In this document: positions 19,466-27,827 of the stretch, piece by piece
How the letters are laid out: every line of letters starts with the position of its first letter
Position numbering within the stretch: the first letter of the stretch is position 1
DNA from: Pseudomonas aeruginosa
GTDB lineage: Bacteria; Pseudomonadota; Gammaproteobacteria; Pseudomonadales; Pseudomonadaceae
Direction of reading: 5' to 3'
Length of the DNA stretch: 32,000 bases
NCBI RefSeq assembly: GCF_001457615.1
Contig: NZ_LN831024.1
Location: 2,010,001 to 2,042,000, forward strand
The notes under the pieces: model-generated
What the model saw: the letters and a program-made list of their open reading frames with translations, nothing else
Database searches by the model: none
Told to the model about the DNA's origin: nothing
Made by a program: the position numbers and the translations under genes

Positions 19466-20563
19466 ATGCGTGAGCCCATGACGTGGCGCACTTCGCCCGG
19501 CCAAACCGCGGACGCTTCGCGGCATCCGGCCATTCCTTCCAGATCGCCCCTGGCCAGCAGGGCCCTGTCGTTTCTCGGGGCACTTTCTCTTCTGACCTTC
19601 GCCGCCACCCCGGTCCTGGCCGAGTCGACGCCAACCGCCGCGCCGCCGCAATTCGCCGTGGAATCGCCGAAGGCCGCCAGCAGCCTGCTGCTCAGCGTCG
19701 CCCATGCCGGCAAGCGGCTGGTCGCGGTCGGCGACCGTGGGCATATCCTGCTCTCCGACGACGACGGCAAGACCTGGACCCAGGCCAAGGTGCCGACCCG
19801 CCAGTTGCTCACCTCGGTGTTCTTCGTCAACGAGCGCAAGGGCTGGGCGGTCGGGCACGATGCGCAGATCCTCGTCAGCGACGACGCCGGCAGCACCTGG
19901 ACCAGGCAGTTCGAGGACCTCGGCCGCGAAGCGCCGTTGCTGGACATCTGGTTCGCCGACGAACAGCACGGCCTGGCCGTCGGTGCCTATGGCGCGCTGC
20001 TGGAGACCCGCGACGGCGGCCAGCACTGGGAAGACGTCAGCGAGCGCCTGGACAACGAGGACCAGTTCCACCTCAACGCCATCGCCGCGGTCAAGGACAA
20101 CGGCCTGCTGGTGGTCGGCGAAGCCGGCAGCCTGTTCCGCTCGAAGGACTGGGGCGCCACCTGGGAAAAACTCGAAGGCCCCTACGAGGGCTCGCTGTTC
20201 GGCGCCATCGGTACCGCCGATGCGGGCGGCGTGCTGGTCTACGGCCTGCGCGGCCACCTGTTCCGCTCCGCCGATTTCGGCGACAGCTGGGAAGAGATAC
20301 CGCTGAAGGCGGCGTCCGGCGACCTGGAATTCGGTCTCTCCGACGGCGCGCTGCTGGCGGACGGGCGTATCGTCGTGGTCGGCCACGGCGGCAGTGTCCT
20401 CGAAAGCACCGACGGCGGGCGCAGCTTCAGCGTGTTCAACCGTCCCGACCGGCTGTCCCTGGCCGGCGTCAGCGCCACCGGCGACGGCCACCTGATCCTG
20501 GTCGGCCAGGGCGGCGTGCACCTCGCTGCGGCGAACGGTGCCGCGCTCGAACAACAACAATAA
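19466..20563 (+). CDS. Exported Asp-box (BNR) beta-propeller protein, Ycf48 / photosystem-II-assembly-factor-like (365 aa)
   Basis: Six spaced Asp-box-like repeats: SDDDGKTWT, SDDAGSTWT, TRDGGQHWE, SKDWGATWE, SADFGDSWE, STDGGRSFS. Hydrophobic signal segment LSFLGALSLLTFAATPVLA/ES. Start uncertain (19466 or 19478); the track start at 19382 lies in AT-rich, non-coding-looking sequence. Confidence 0.82.
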   Translation: MREPMTWRTSPGQTADASRHPAIPSRSPLASRALSFLGALSLLTFAATPVLAESTPTAAPPQFAVESPKAASSLLLSVAHAGKRLVAVGDRGHILLSDDDGKTWTQAKVPTRQLLTSVFFVNERKGWAVGHDAQILVSDDAGSTWTRQFEDLGREAPLLDIWFADEQHGLAVGAYGALLETRDGGQHWEDVSERLDNEDQFHLNAIAAVKDNGLLVVGEAGSLFRSKDWGATWEKLEGPYEGSLFGAIGTADAGGVLVYGLRGHLFRSADFGDSWEEIPLKAASGDLEFGLSDGALLADGRIVVVGHGGSVLESTDGGRSFSVFNRPDRLSLAGVSATGDGHLILVGQGGVHLAAANGAALEQQQ

Positions 20564-20575
20564 GGCGGGGGTCGC

Positions 20576-22957
20576 ATGAGTGCCATGAACCAGCATCAGC
20601 AAAACAAGGCGAGCCTGCTCGAACGCCTGATCTTCAACAACCGGCCGGTGGTGATCTTCCTCTGCCTGCTGGTCAGCGTCTTCCTGTTCTACCAGGCCAC
20701 CCAGGTGCGGCCGTCCACCAGCTTCGAGAAGATGATCCCGCTGGAGCACCCGTTCATCCAGAAAATGCTCGAGCACCGCAACGACCTGGCCAACCTCGGC
20801 AACACCGTGCGCATCTCGGTGGAGGCGGTGAACGGCGACATCTTCACCAAGGAGTACATGGAGACGCTCCGGCAGATCCATGACGAGGTGTTCTACATCC
20901 CCGGCGTCGACCGTTCCGGCCTGAAGTCGTTGTGGAGCCCCAGCGTGCGCTGGACCGAAGTGACCGAGGAAGGCTTCGCCGGCGGCGAGGTGATCCCGCA
21001 GACCTACGACGGTTCGCCGCGGGCGCTGGAGGAACTGCGCAACAACGTGCTCAAGTCCGGGCAGATCGGCCGCCTGGTGGCGAACAACTTCAAGTCGAGC
21101 ATCGTCGACGTACCGCTGCTGGAGATGTACCCGAACCCGAAGAACCAGAGCGAACTGATCAAGCTCGACTACCGCCAGTTCTCCCATGAGCTGGAAGAGA
21201 AGATCCGCGACAAGTACCAGTTGCAGAATCCCAACGTGAAGGTGCACATCGTCGGCTTCGCGAAGAAGGTCGGCGACCTGATCGACGGGCTGGTGATGGT
21301 GGTCGGCTTCTTCGGTATCTGCCTGCTGATCACCCTGGTCCTGCTGTACTGGTTCACCAAGTGCATCCGCAGCACCATCGCCGTGCTGATCACCACCCTG
21401 GTCGCGGTGCTCTGGCAGCTCGGCCTGCTCAACCTGGTCGGTTTCGGCCTCGATCCCTATTCGATGCTGGTGCCGTTCCTGATCTTCGCCATCGGTATTT
21501 CCCACGGCGTGCAGAAGATCAATGGCATCGCCTTGCAGTCCAGCGGCGCCGACAATGCGCTGATGGCGGCGCGGCTGACCTTCCGCCAACTGTTCCTGCC
21601 GGGGATGATCGCGATCCTCGCCGACGCCGTCGGCTTCATCACCCTGCTGGTGATCGACATCGGGGTGATCCGCGAGCTGGCCATCGGCGCCTCGATCGGC
21701 GTGGCGGTGATCGTCTTCACCAACCTGATCCTGCTGCCCGTGGCGATCTCCTACATCGGCATCAGCAAGAAGGCGGTGCAGCGCAGCAAGGATGACGCGG
21801 TGCGCGAGCACCCGTTCTGGCGCCTGCTGTCGAACTTCGCCAGCCCGAAGGTGGCCCCGGTGTCCATCGCCATCGCCCTGCTGATGCTCGGCGGCGGCCT
21901 CTGGTATGGCAAGCACCTGAAGATCGGCGACCTCGACCAGGGTGCGCCGGAACTGCGTCCCGACTCGCGCTACAACCTCGACAACGACTTCATCATCCGC
22001 AACTACTCGACCAGTTCGGACGTGCTGGTGGTGATGGTCAAGACCTCCCCGGAAGGCTGCTCCACCCACCAGGCCCTGGCGGCCATGGACGAACTGGCCT
22101 GGAAGCTGGAGAACACCGAGGGCGTGCAGTCGGCGATCTCGATGGTCACCGTGTCCAAGCAGGTGATCAAGGGGATGAACGAAGGCAACCTGAAATGGGA
22201 GACCCTGTCGCGCAACCAGGACGTGCTGAACAACTCCATCGCCCGTGCCGACGGTCTCTACAACACCGACTGCTCGCTGGCGCCGCTGCTGGTCTTCCTC
22301 AACGACCACAAGGCCGAGACCCTCGACCGCGCGGTGGCGGCGGTGCAGGCCTTCGCCGCGGAGAACGACAAGGACGACCTGCAGTTCCAGCTGGCCGCCG
22401 GCAACGCCGGGATCGAGGCCGCCACCAACGAGGTGATCAAGCAGTCCGAACTGATCATCCTGGTTCTGGTGTACATCTGCGTGGCGGCCATGTGCATGAT
22501 CACCTTCCGTTCCTTCGCCGCGACCCTCTGCATCGTCCTGCCGCTGATCCTCACCTCGGTGCTGGGCAACGCGCTGATGGCGGCGCTGGGCATCGGCGTG
22601 AAGGTCGCGACCCTGCCGGTGATCGCCCTCGGCGTCGGCATCGGGGTGGACTACGGGATCTACATCTACACCCGCCTGGAGTCTTTCCTGCGCATGGGCC
22701 TGCCGTTGCAGGAGGCCTACTACGAGACCCTCCGCTCCACCGGCAAGGCGGTGCTGTTCACCGGCCTGTGCCTGGCGATCGGCGTGGCCACCTGGATCTT
22801 CTCGGCGATCAAGTTCCAGGCCGACATGGGCCTGATGCTGACCTTCATGCTGCTCTGGAACATGTTCGGCGCCCTCTGGCTGCTGCCGGCCCTGGCGCGT
22901 TTCCTGATCAACCCGGCCAAGCTGCAGGCCAGGAAGGCCTCGCTGTTCGCTCACTGA
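20576..22957 (+). CDS. RND-superfamily transporter, MMPL/HpnN-like (793 aa)
   Basis: Two hydrophobic multi-helix bundles, each preceded by a large soluble loop; N-terminal …RPVVIFLCLLVSVFLFY… helix. No adjacent membrane-fusion or TolC-type gene. Confidence 0.9.
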   Translation: MSAMNQHQQNKASLLERLIFNNRPVVIFLCLLVSVFLFYQATQVRPSTSFEKMIPLEHPFIQKMLEHRNDLANLGNTVRISVEAVNGDIFTKEYMETLRQIHDEVFYIPGVDRSGLKSLWSPSVRWTEVTEEGFAGGEVIPQTYDGSPRALEELRNNVLKSGQIGRLVANNFKSSIVDVPLLEMYPNPKNQSELIKLDYRQFSHELEEKIRDKYQLQNPNVKVHIVGFAKKVGDLIDGLVMVVGFFGICLLITLVLLYWFTKCIRSTIAVLITTLVAVLWQLGLLNLVGFGLDPYSMLVPFLIFAIGISHGVQKINGIALQSSGADNALMAARLTFRQLFLPGMIAILADAVGFITLLVIDIGVIRELAIGASIGVAVIVFTNLILLPVAISYIGISKKAVQRSKDDAVREHPFWRLLSNFASPKVAPVSIAIALLMLGGGLWYGKHLKIGDLDQGAPELRPDSRYNLDNDFIIRNYSTSSDVLVVMVKTSPEGCSTHQALAAMDELAWKLENTEGVQSAISMVTVSKQVIKGMNEGNLKWETLSRNQDVLNNSIARADGLYNTDCSLAPLLVFLNDHKAETLDRAVAAVQAFAAENDKDDLQFQLAAGNAGIEAATNEVIKQSELIILVLVYICVAAMCMITFRSFAATLCIVLPLILTSVLGNALMAALGIGVKVATLPVIALGVGIGVDYGIYIYTRLESFLRMGLPLQEAYYETLRSTGKAVLFTGLCLAIGVATWIFSAIKFQADMGLMLTFMLLWNMFGALWLLPALARFLINPAKLQARKASLFAH

Positions 22958-22978
22958 GTCGCACCGAGCCTCGCCAAG

Positions 22979-23004
22979 ACCGCGGCCCCGGCCGCGGTTT
23001 TTTT
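22979..23004. terminator. Rho-independent terminator between the convergent RND and cprS genes
   Basis: ACCGCGGCC/GGCCGCGGT inverted repeat followed by T7 on the + strand; on the - strand the tail is only TCTTGG. Confidence 0.8.
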
Positions 23005-23028
23005 CGCGCGGAGGAAGGCCGCCGCGCT

Positions 23029-24324
23029 TCAGTCCGGTGTGGCGGGGAACAGCAGCTCGCAGCGGAAGCGCTGCTCGTCGCTGCTGTAATGCAGGCGCCA
23101 GCCGCTCTTCTGGCACAGGCGCTGGACCAGGTCGAGGCCCAGGCCATAACCGAACGCCATCGACTCCTCCGTGCCCTGGGCCGCACCGATGGGGTTGCTG
23201 ATCAGCAGGCTGCGGTCGCGCACGACGATTTCCACCACGCCCTCGTCGCTGTACTGCAGGGCGTTGCGCAGCAGGTTGCCGATGATGATCCGTGCGCGGG
23301 TCTGCGGCAGGCTGTGTGGCTCCACGTCGAGGTGGAAGGTCAGGCCGCGGCGCTGGCTCAGCGCCTGCTGTTCCTCGAGCAGCTCCTCCAGCAGGCGACC
23401 GACCTCGATGTGTCCGTCGTCGCGCAGTTCGCCGCTCTCGCGGCTGAGCCAGAGCAGGGTTTCGGTCATCTGCTGCATGCCCAGCGCCGAGCGGCGGATG
23501 CGTTGCAAGGCATGCGGGGAGGGCGCGCGGCCGGGTTGGTCGAGCAGCTCCAGGTTCATGCCGATCACCGCCAGCGGGGTGCGCAGCTCATGGCTGGCGT
23601 AGCGCAGGAAGCGCTCCTCGCGCTGGCTGAAGTCCTTGATCCGGGTCACGCTGTTCCACAGGGTATCCGCCAGCACGTTGAGTTCGCGGTAGTTGAAGCG
23701 CGGCCGCTGGCTGTCCGGGGCGAGGTCGTCGAGGGTCATCGACCAGCGCGTCAGCTTGCGCAACGGCGCGACGATGAACCAGACCAGCAGGCCGACGGCG
23801 GCCAGCGAAGGCAGGGTGACCGATAGGGTGACGATCCAGGTCTGCCTGACGCGGGCGTCGATGATGGCGTCGGACAGCGGCGTGTCGATGCTGCCGGCGG
23901 CGTCGTTGTCGTAGAGGTAGAGCGTCTTGCCGTCGGCCAGTGGCTGGCGGACCACCACGTAGGCATCGTCGCTGGGCGCGTCGTCATCCTCCTCTTCGTC
24001 ATCGTCGTCCCAGTTGCCGAGCAGTTGCATGGCGCCGATGCTCTTGTAGGGCGGGGTGTCGAGCATCTCCCTGAGTTTCGGCGGCAGCCCCGCGGTGCCG
24101 ACGCTGCCCTTGAAGTAGTAGCTGTCCGGCGCCGGCGTAGCCGGGTCTTCCTGGTAGCGCTGGGCGAAGTACAGCCCTTCCTCTTCCATCATCATGCTGA
24201 GCAGGTAGAGGGCGCCGGTCTCGCCGTAGTCGCCGAGCATGCGCGTGTAGACCAGCAACACCCCGGCGAGGATCAGGGTGACGCCGCCGCCGACGATGGG
24301 GATCAGGCTCAGGCCGCGTTTCAT
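23029..24324 (-). CDS. cprS: Two-component sensor histidine kinase (431 aa), CprS-like
   Basis: Two TM segments flanking a periplasmic loop with the acidic run NWDDDDEEEDDDAPSDD. H-box ASHELRTPLAV, ATP-lid GYGLGLDLV. ATG overlaps the cprR stop (ATGA at 24321-24324). Gene name rests on remembered synteny with PAO1. Confidence 0.85.
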   Translation of the reverse strand: MKRGLSLIPIVGGGVTLILAGVLLVYTRMLGDYGETGALYLLSMMMEEEGLYFAQRYQEDPATPAPDSYYFKGSVGTAGLPPKLREMLDTPPYKSIGAMQLLGNWDDDDEEEDDDAPSDDAYVVVRQPLADGKTLYLYDNDAAGSIDTPLSDAIIDARVRQTWIVTLSVTLPSLAAVGLLVWFIVAPLRKLTRWSMTLDDLAPDSQRPRFNYRELNVLADTLWNSVTRIKDFSQREERFLRYASHELRTPLAVIGMNLELLDQPGRAPSPHALQRIRRSALGMQQMTETLLWLSRESGELRDDGHIEVGRLLEELLEEQQALSQRRGLTFHLDVEPHSLPQTRARIIIGNLLRNALQYSDEGVVEIVVRDRSLLISNPIGAAQGTEESMAFGYGLGLDLVQRLCQKSGWRLHYSSDEQRFRCELLFPATPD

Positions 24325-24992
24325 TTGCGCTCCAGCTGGAAGCCGACGCTGTGCAGGGTATGGATCAGAGGGGTGGCGAACCCCTTGTCGACGGTGCTGC
24401 GCAGGTGGTGCATGTGCACGTTGAGGGTGTTGCTTTCCGGCGGTTCGTCGCCCCAGACGCTGCGCCCCAGCTGCTCGCGGGTGACCAGCGCGGGGCTGGC
24501 GCGCATCAGGCACTCAAGGATCTTCCAGGCGGTGGGGGACAGCGCCAGGGGCGTGCCGCCGCGGCTGGCCTGGCGGCTGTCGAGGTCCATCACCAGGTCG
24601 TCGACCTGCAGGCGCTGGGCCTGGCCGCTGCGGCGCCGGCTGAGGGCTTGCAGGCGGACCAGCAGCTCCGGCAGTTCGAAGGGCTTGAGCAGGTAGTCGT
24701 CGGCGCCGGCGTCGAAGCCGTCGAGCTTGTCCTGCAGGGTATCCAGGGCGGTGAGCATGAGTACCGGGGTCTGCAGGCCGGCTTCGCGTAGCTGGCGACA
24801 GACCTGCCGGCCGTTGATGCGCGGCAGCATGATGTCCAGCAGGATCACGTCGTAGCGGTTGGCGCGCGCCAGGTTGAGGCCGGCCTGGCCGTCGCGGGCG
24901 TGATCGCAGACCACCCCGGCGGCCTCGAGGTAGTCGATGACGGTGCCGGCGAGATCGAAGTTGTCTTCGACGACGAGTACGTGGATATGCAT
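24321..24992 (-). CDS. cprR: OmpR/PhoB-family response regulator (223 aa; alternative start at 25007 gives 228 aa), CprR-like
   Basis: Receiver domain MHIHVLVVEDNFDLAG…VILLDIMLP…LMLTA, winged-helix C-terminus …LSPTAWKILECL…VHMHHLRSTVDKGF…IHTLHSVGFQL. Neither start has a good RBS. Confidence 0.85.
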   Translation of the reverse strand: MHIHVLVVEDNFDLAGTVIDYLEAAGVVCDHARDGQAGLNLARANRYDVILLDIMLPRINGRQVCRQLREAGLQTPVLMLTALDTLQDKLDGFDAGADDYLLKPFELPELLVRLQALSRRRSGQAQRLQVDDLVMDLDSRQASRGGTPLALSPTAWKILECLMRASPALVTREQLGRSVWGDEPPESNTLNVHMHHLRSTVDKGFATPLIHTLHSVGFQLERK

Positions 24993-25053
24993 GGTATCTG
25001 TTCGCATGACGGATGGGACGCTGTGCCTGGTTCGCCGCGGGCGTTGCCCGCGC

Positions 25054-26142
25054 CTACTTGAGCACCTTGATCGGCTTCACCGGGGTGCCGTCGCTCCACT
25101 GGCCCATGCCGGTCTGCTCCGGCGTAGCGCCCAGGGCGTACTGGCGGTTGCGGTTGTAGAACGCCGCGTCGGTGAGGCCATCGAACAGCTTCCAGGTGCC
25201 GTACCAGTCGAGGGCGTCGATCACCAGCGGGTCGTGGCCGGTATAGCGGCCTTCGGCCTGCTGCACTTCGAGGCGCTTCTCGACGCGGTCGAGCAACCAG
25301 TCGCTGTCTTCTTCCTTCGGATACTGCGGGCCGAATACCGGCGCGGTGGGCGCCGCGTGGTTGGCCAACAGCGGCGGAGCGCCGTGGCGATCGCTGCGCA
25401 GCAACAGCAGGTTCTTGTCGCTGGGCGGAATGTGCCGGCTCTGGCGGTAGATGCGCTTGGCGTCGGTGCAGGCCACGTGGCTGTCCTCGTCGCCGCAGAC
25501 CGCCAGCAGCAGGGTGCCCTTGGCCAGCCCCGACAGGCGTTCCTGGGCCACGCCGTCCCAGCGCTTGCCCTGGCTCTTGCCGGGCTCGACCACCATCAGC
25601 GCCTTCGCCGCCGGCAGCTTCAGGCGTTCGCTGGCGGCCGCCAGGTTGGCGGCGAGCAGTCCGCCGGCGGAGTGGCCGAGGTAGGCGACCTGGTTCAGCC
25701 GCGGGCGCACCCCCAGCTCGCCGGCCTGCAGGCGCCTGAGGGCGTCGCCGAGGGCGCCGGCGGCATTGTCGAGGAAGTCTGCGTTGGGCGTCTTCAGGTC
25801 CGGCTGGTAGCGCGGGTAGACCACCACCATGCCGCGGCGGACGATATGGTCGATCCAGGCGCGGTAGAGGTCCGGCTGCATCACGCTCCAGCCGTGCAGG
25901 AAGATCACCAGCGGAGCGTTGCCGGGGACCGGTTGCTCGGGGGTGAACACCCAGTATTCGCGAGCGCCTTCGCCGAAGTGCCACTGATGCACGCTGGCAT
26001 GGCGATAGGCCGCGCCGCCCGGCCCTTCGGCCGGCTGCGTCGGCGGCGTGGGCGGCGTGGGCGCGGTCGGCGGTTCGGCGGCCGTCGCGGCGTGGCCCAG
26101 GAGCAGGCCGCACAGGACGAGGTACAGGGTACGGAAGCGCAT
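25054..26142 (-). CDS. Secreted alpha/beta-fold hydrolase (362 aa)
   Basis: Signal peptide MRFRTLYLVLCGLLLGHAATA/AE, Pro/Thr-rich linker PPTAPTPPTPPTQP, nucleophile elbow YLGHSAGG (G-x-S-x-G), AAGAGGG RBS. The 1095-aa track ORF is an artefactual upstream extension. Confidence 0.8.
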   Translation of the reverse strand: MRFRTLYLVLCGLLLGHAATAAEPPTAPTPPTPPTQPAEGPGGAAYRHASVHQWHFGEGAREYWVFTPEQPVPGNAPLVIFLHGWSVMQPDLYRAWIDHIVRRGMVVVYPRYQPDLKTPNADFLDNAAGALGDALRRLQAGELGVRPRLNQVAYLGHSAGGLLAANLAAASERLKLPAAKALMVVEPGKSQGKRWDGVAQERLSGLAKGTLLLAVCGDEDSHVACTDAKRIYRQSRHIPPSDKNLLLLRSDRHGAPPLLANHAAPTAPVFGPQYPKEEDSDWLLDRVEKRLEVQQAEGRYTGHDPLVIDALDWYGTWKLFDGLTDAAFYNRNRQYALGATPEQTGMGQWSDGTPVKPIKVLK

Positions 26143-26195
26143 GCGGGCCCTCTTGCGGAATCGGAATGTCGTGCCAGTCCTAACCATAGCGCCGT

Positions 26196-27827
26196 TCAGC
26201 GCGGATAGAGCGGTGGCAGGCCGCCATTGTCGACCGCTCCCGCCGGCGCTTGTTCCGTGGTGGGCAGGGCGCGGATCGCCCGCCACAGGTCCTCGCCCTG
26301 CCAGGAATGGCCGCTCTCGCTGTACAGCGCGCCGTTGAGGCCATCCAGGGCGTCGGACAGCGGTACGAAGCGGGCCGCCATGTCGGCCAGGGTATCGGGT
26401 TGCTGACGGGCCCAGGCGTCCAGGGCCTGGCGGGTCGCCTGGGGATCGTTGGCCAGGCAGGCGCGGCGCAGCTCGTCGAGCAGGCTGCGGCTGCTCGGGC
26501 CGTTGGCCGCGGCGCGGATCACCGCCGGCAGCTGGCGGGCGCGCCACCAGAGGCCGAAGCCGAGCAGGGTGGTCAGGGCCAGCACGGCGGTAGCCAGTTG
26601 CCAGGGCCAGAGCGTCGGCTCCAGGTGTTCGCCGAGCGGCAGCGCCGCCGCCGGCGGCTCCGCCTCGGCCTGCGGCGCGGCGGCCACTTCCAGGGTGCGC
26701 GGTGGCAGGCTGGTGCGCTCCAGGCGGTCTTCGCGGGTGTTCCACCAGACCACTTCGAGCGCCGGCAACTCGATGCGCCCGGCCTGCTCGGGCACCAGCG
26801 CCTCGCGCTCCTCGCGACTGCCGATGAGGCCCTGGTCGGTGCTCTGGTCGGCCAGCTGCGGTTGGTCCGGGTAGCGCCGCAGGCCTTGCACGTCGGGCAG
26901 CGGCAACGGCGGAAGCTGGGTGCCGGAAAGCCCCTCGACCTTCAGCAGCACGTTGCGCGTCAGCGATTCGCCGACCTGTGCCTGCTCCGGCTGCGGGCTC
27001 CAGCTTTCGCTGATGCTCAGCGCGCGGGCCGGCATCCAGGGCGCGTCGGCCGGATAGTCGGCGGGCTTGGGCCGGACCTGCAGCGGGATGCTCGGCGAAG
27101 TCACCCGCATCTGCCGGCCGGGGCGCGGGCCGAAGGGGTTGTAGTCGTCGCTGCCACGGTCGACCAGGGTCGCACTGAAGGCTTGCGCAGGAATCTCCAG
27201 GGTGCCGCTCTTCTGCGGGAAGATCGCGTAGCGCACCTCGATCACGCCGTGGCGGATGCCGTTGATCTCCTTCTCGTAGGTGCGCGCCTCGCCGAGCTGT
27301 TCGACCTTCGCGTCGTTCATCGCCAGCGGGGTCAGGCTGCTGTCGTCGTATAGCGACACCGAGTGGTAGATGCGCAGGGTGAGGATCGCCTGGGCCTGCA
27401 CGTAGACTGTCTCCTGGTCGACGCTGGCATCGATGAAGACCGGCGCCAGCTTGCTGCTCTTGGCGCGGTCGCGCGCCTCCAGTACGTGCAGCCTGATCGG
27501 CTGGGTGCTGCTGGCGCCGAGGCTGATCGGCGGGATCGCCACGTAGCCGCTCTGCTTCGGCAGGAGGGTGACGATCCAGCGGGTGGTGGCCTGGGCCCGG
27601 CCGTTCTGCGTGGCGAGACGGTTGACCTGGCGCGTGCCGAGGACCTCGAAGAGGGCGTCCAGCGGGCTCAGGTCGGGTTTGCCGAAGAGGGTCGGGTCGT
27701 CCGATTCCAGCGTCAGTTCGACGCTTTCCCCTTCGGTCAGGCGGGCGCGGTCGACGCTGGCGCTGAAGCTGGCATGGGCGGAAACGCAGAGGAGCGCGAG
27801 AAGCAGGCTGCAGAACAGGCGGATCAT
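26196..27827 (-). CDS. BatD-like (oxygen-tolerance family) membrane protein (543 aa)
   Basis: Signal peptide MIRLFCSLLLALLCVSAHA/SF, large extracytoplasmic region, single late TM LATAVLALTTLLGFGLWW. Position at the end of a Bat-type operon. ATG overlaps the upstream stop (ATGA). Confidence 0.8.
   Translation of the reverse strand: MIRLFCSLLLALLCVSAHASFSASVDRARLTEGESVELTLESDDPTLFGKPDLSPLDALFEVLGTRQVNRLATQNGRAQATTRWIVTLLPKQSGYVAIPPISLGASSTQPIRLHVLEARDRAKSSKLAPVFIDASVDQETVYVQAQAILTLRIYHSVSLYDDSSLTPLAMNDAKVEQLGEARTYEKEINGIRHGVIEVRYAIFPQKSGTLEIPAQAFSATLVDRGSDDYNPFGPRPGRQMRVTSPSIPLQVRPKPADYPADAPWMPARALSISESWSPQPEQAQVGESLTRNVLLKVEGLSGTQLPPLPLPDVQGLRRYPDQPQLADQSTDQGLIGSREEREALVPEQAGRIELPALEVVWWNTREDRLERTSLPPRTLEVAAAPQAEAEPPAAALPLGEHLEPTLWPWQLATAVLALTTLLGFGLWWRARQLPAVIRAAANGPSSRSLLDELRRACLANDPQATRQALDAWARQQPDTLADMAARFVPLSDALDGLNGALYSESGHSWQGEDLWRAIRALPTTEQAPAGAVDNGGLPPLYPR

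Noticed and set aside
19439-23116. 1225-aa ORF on the minus strand
   Set aside because: Antisense shadow of the propeller and RND genes. It has no recognisable motifs, and it spans an intergenic gap and a terminator, which a real gene would not.
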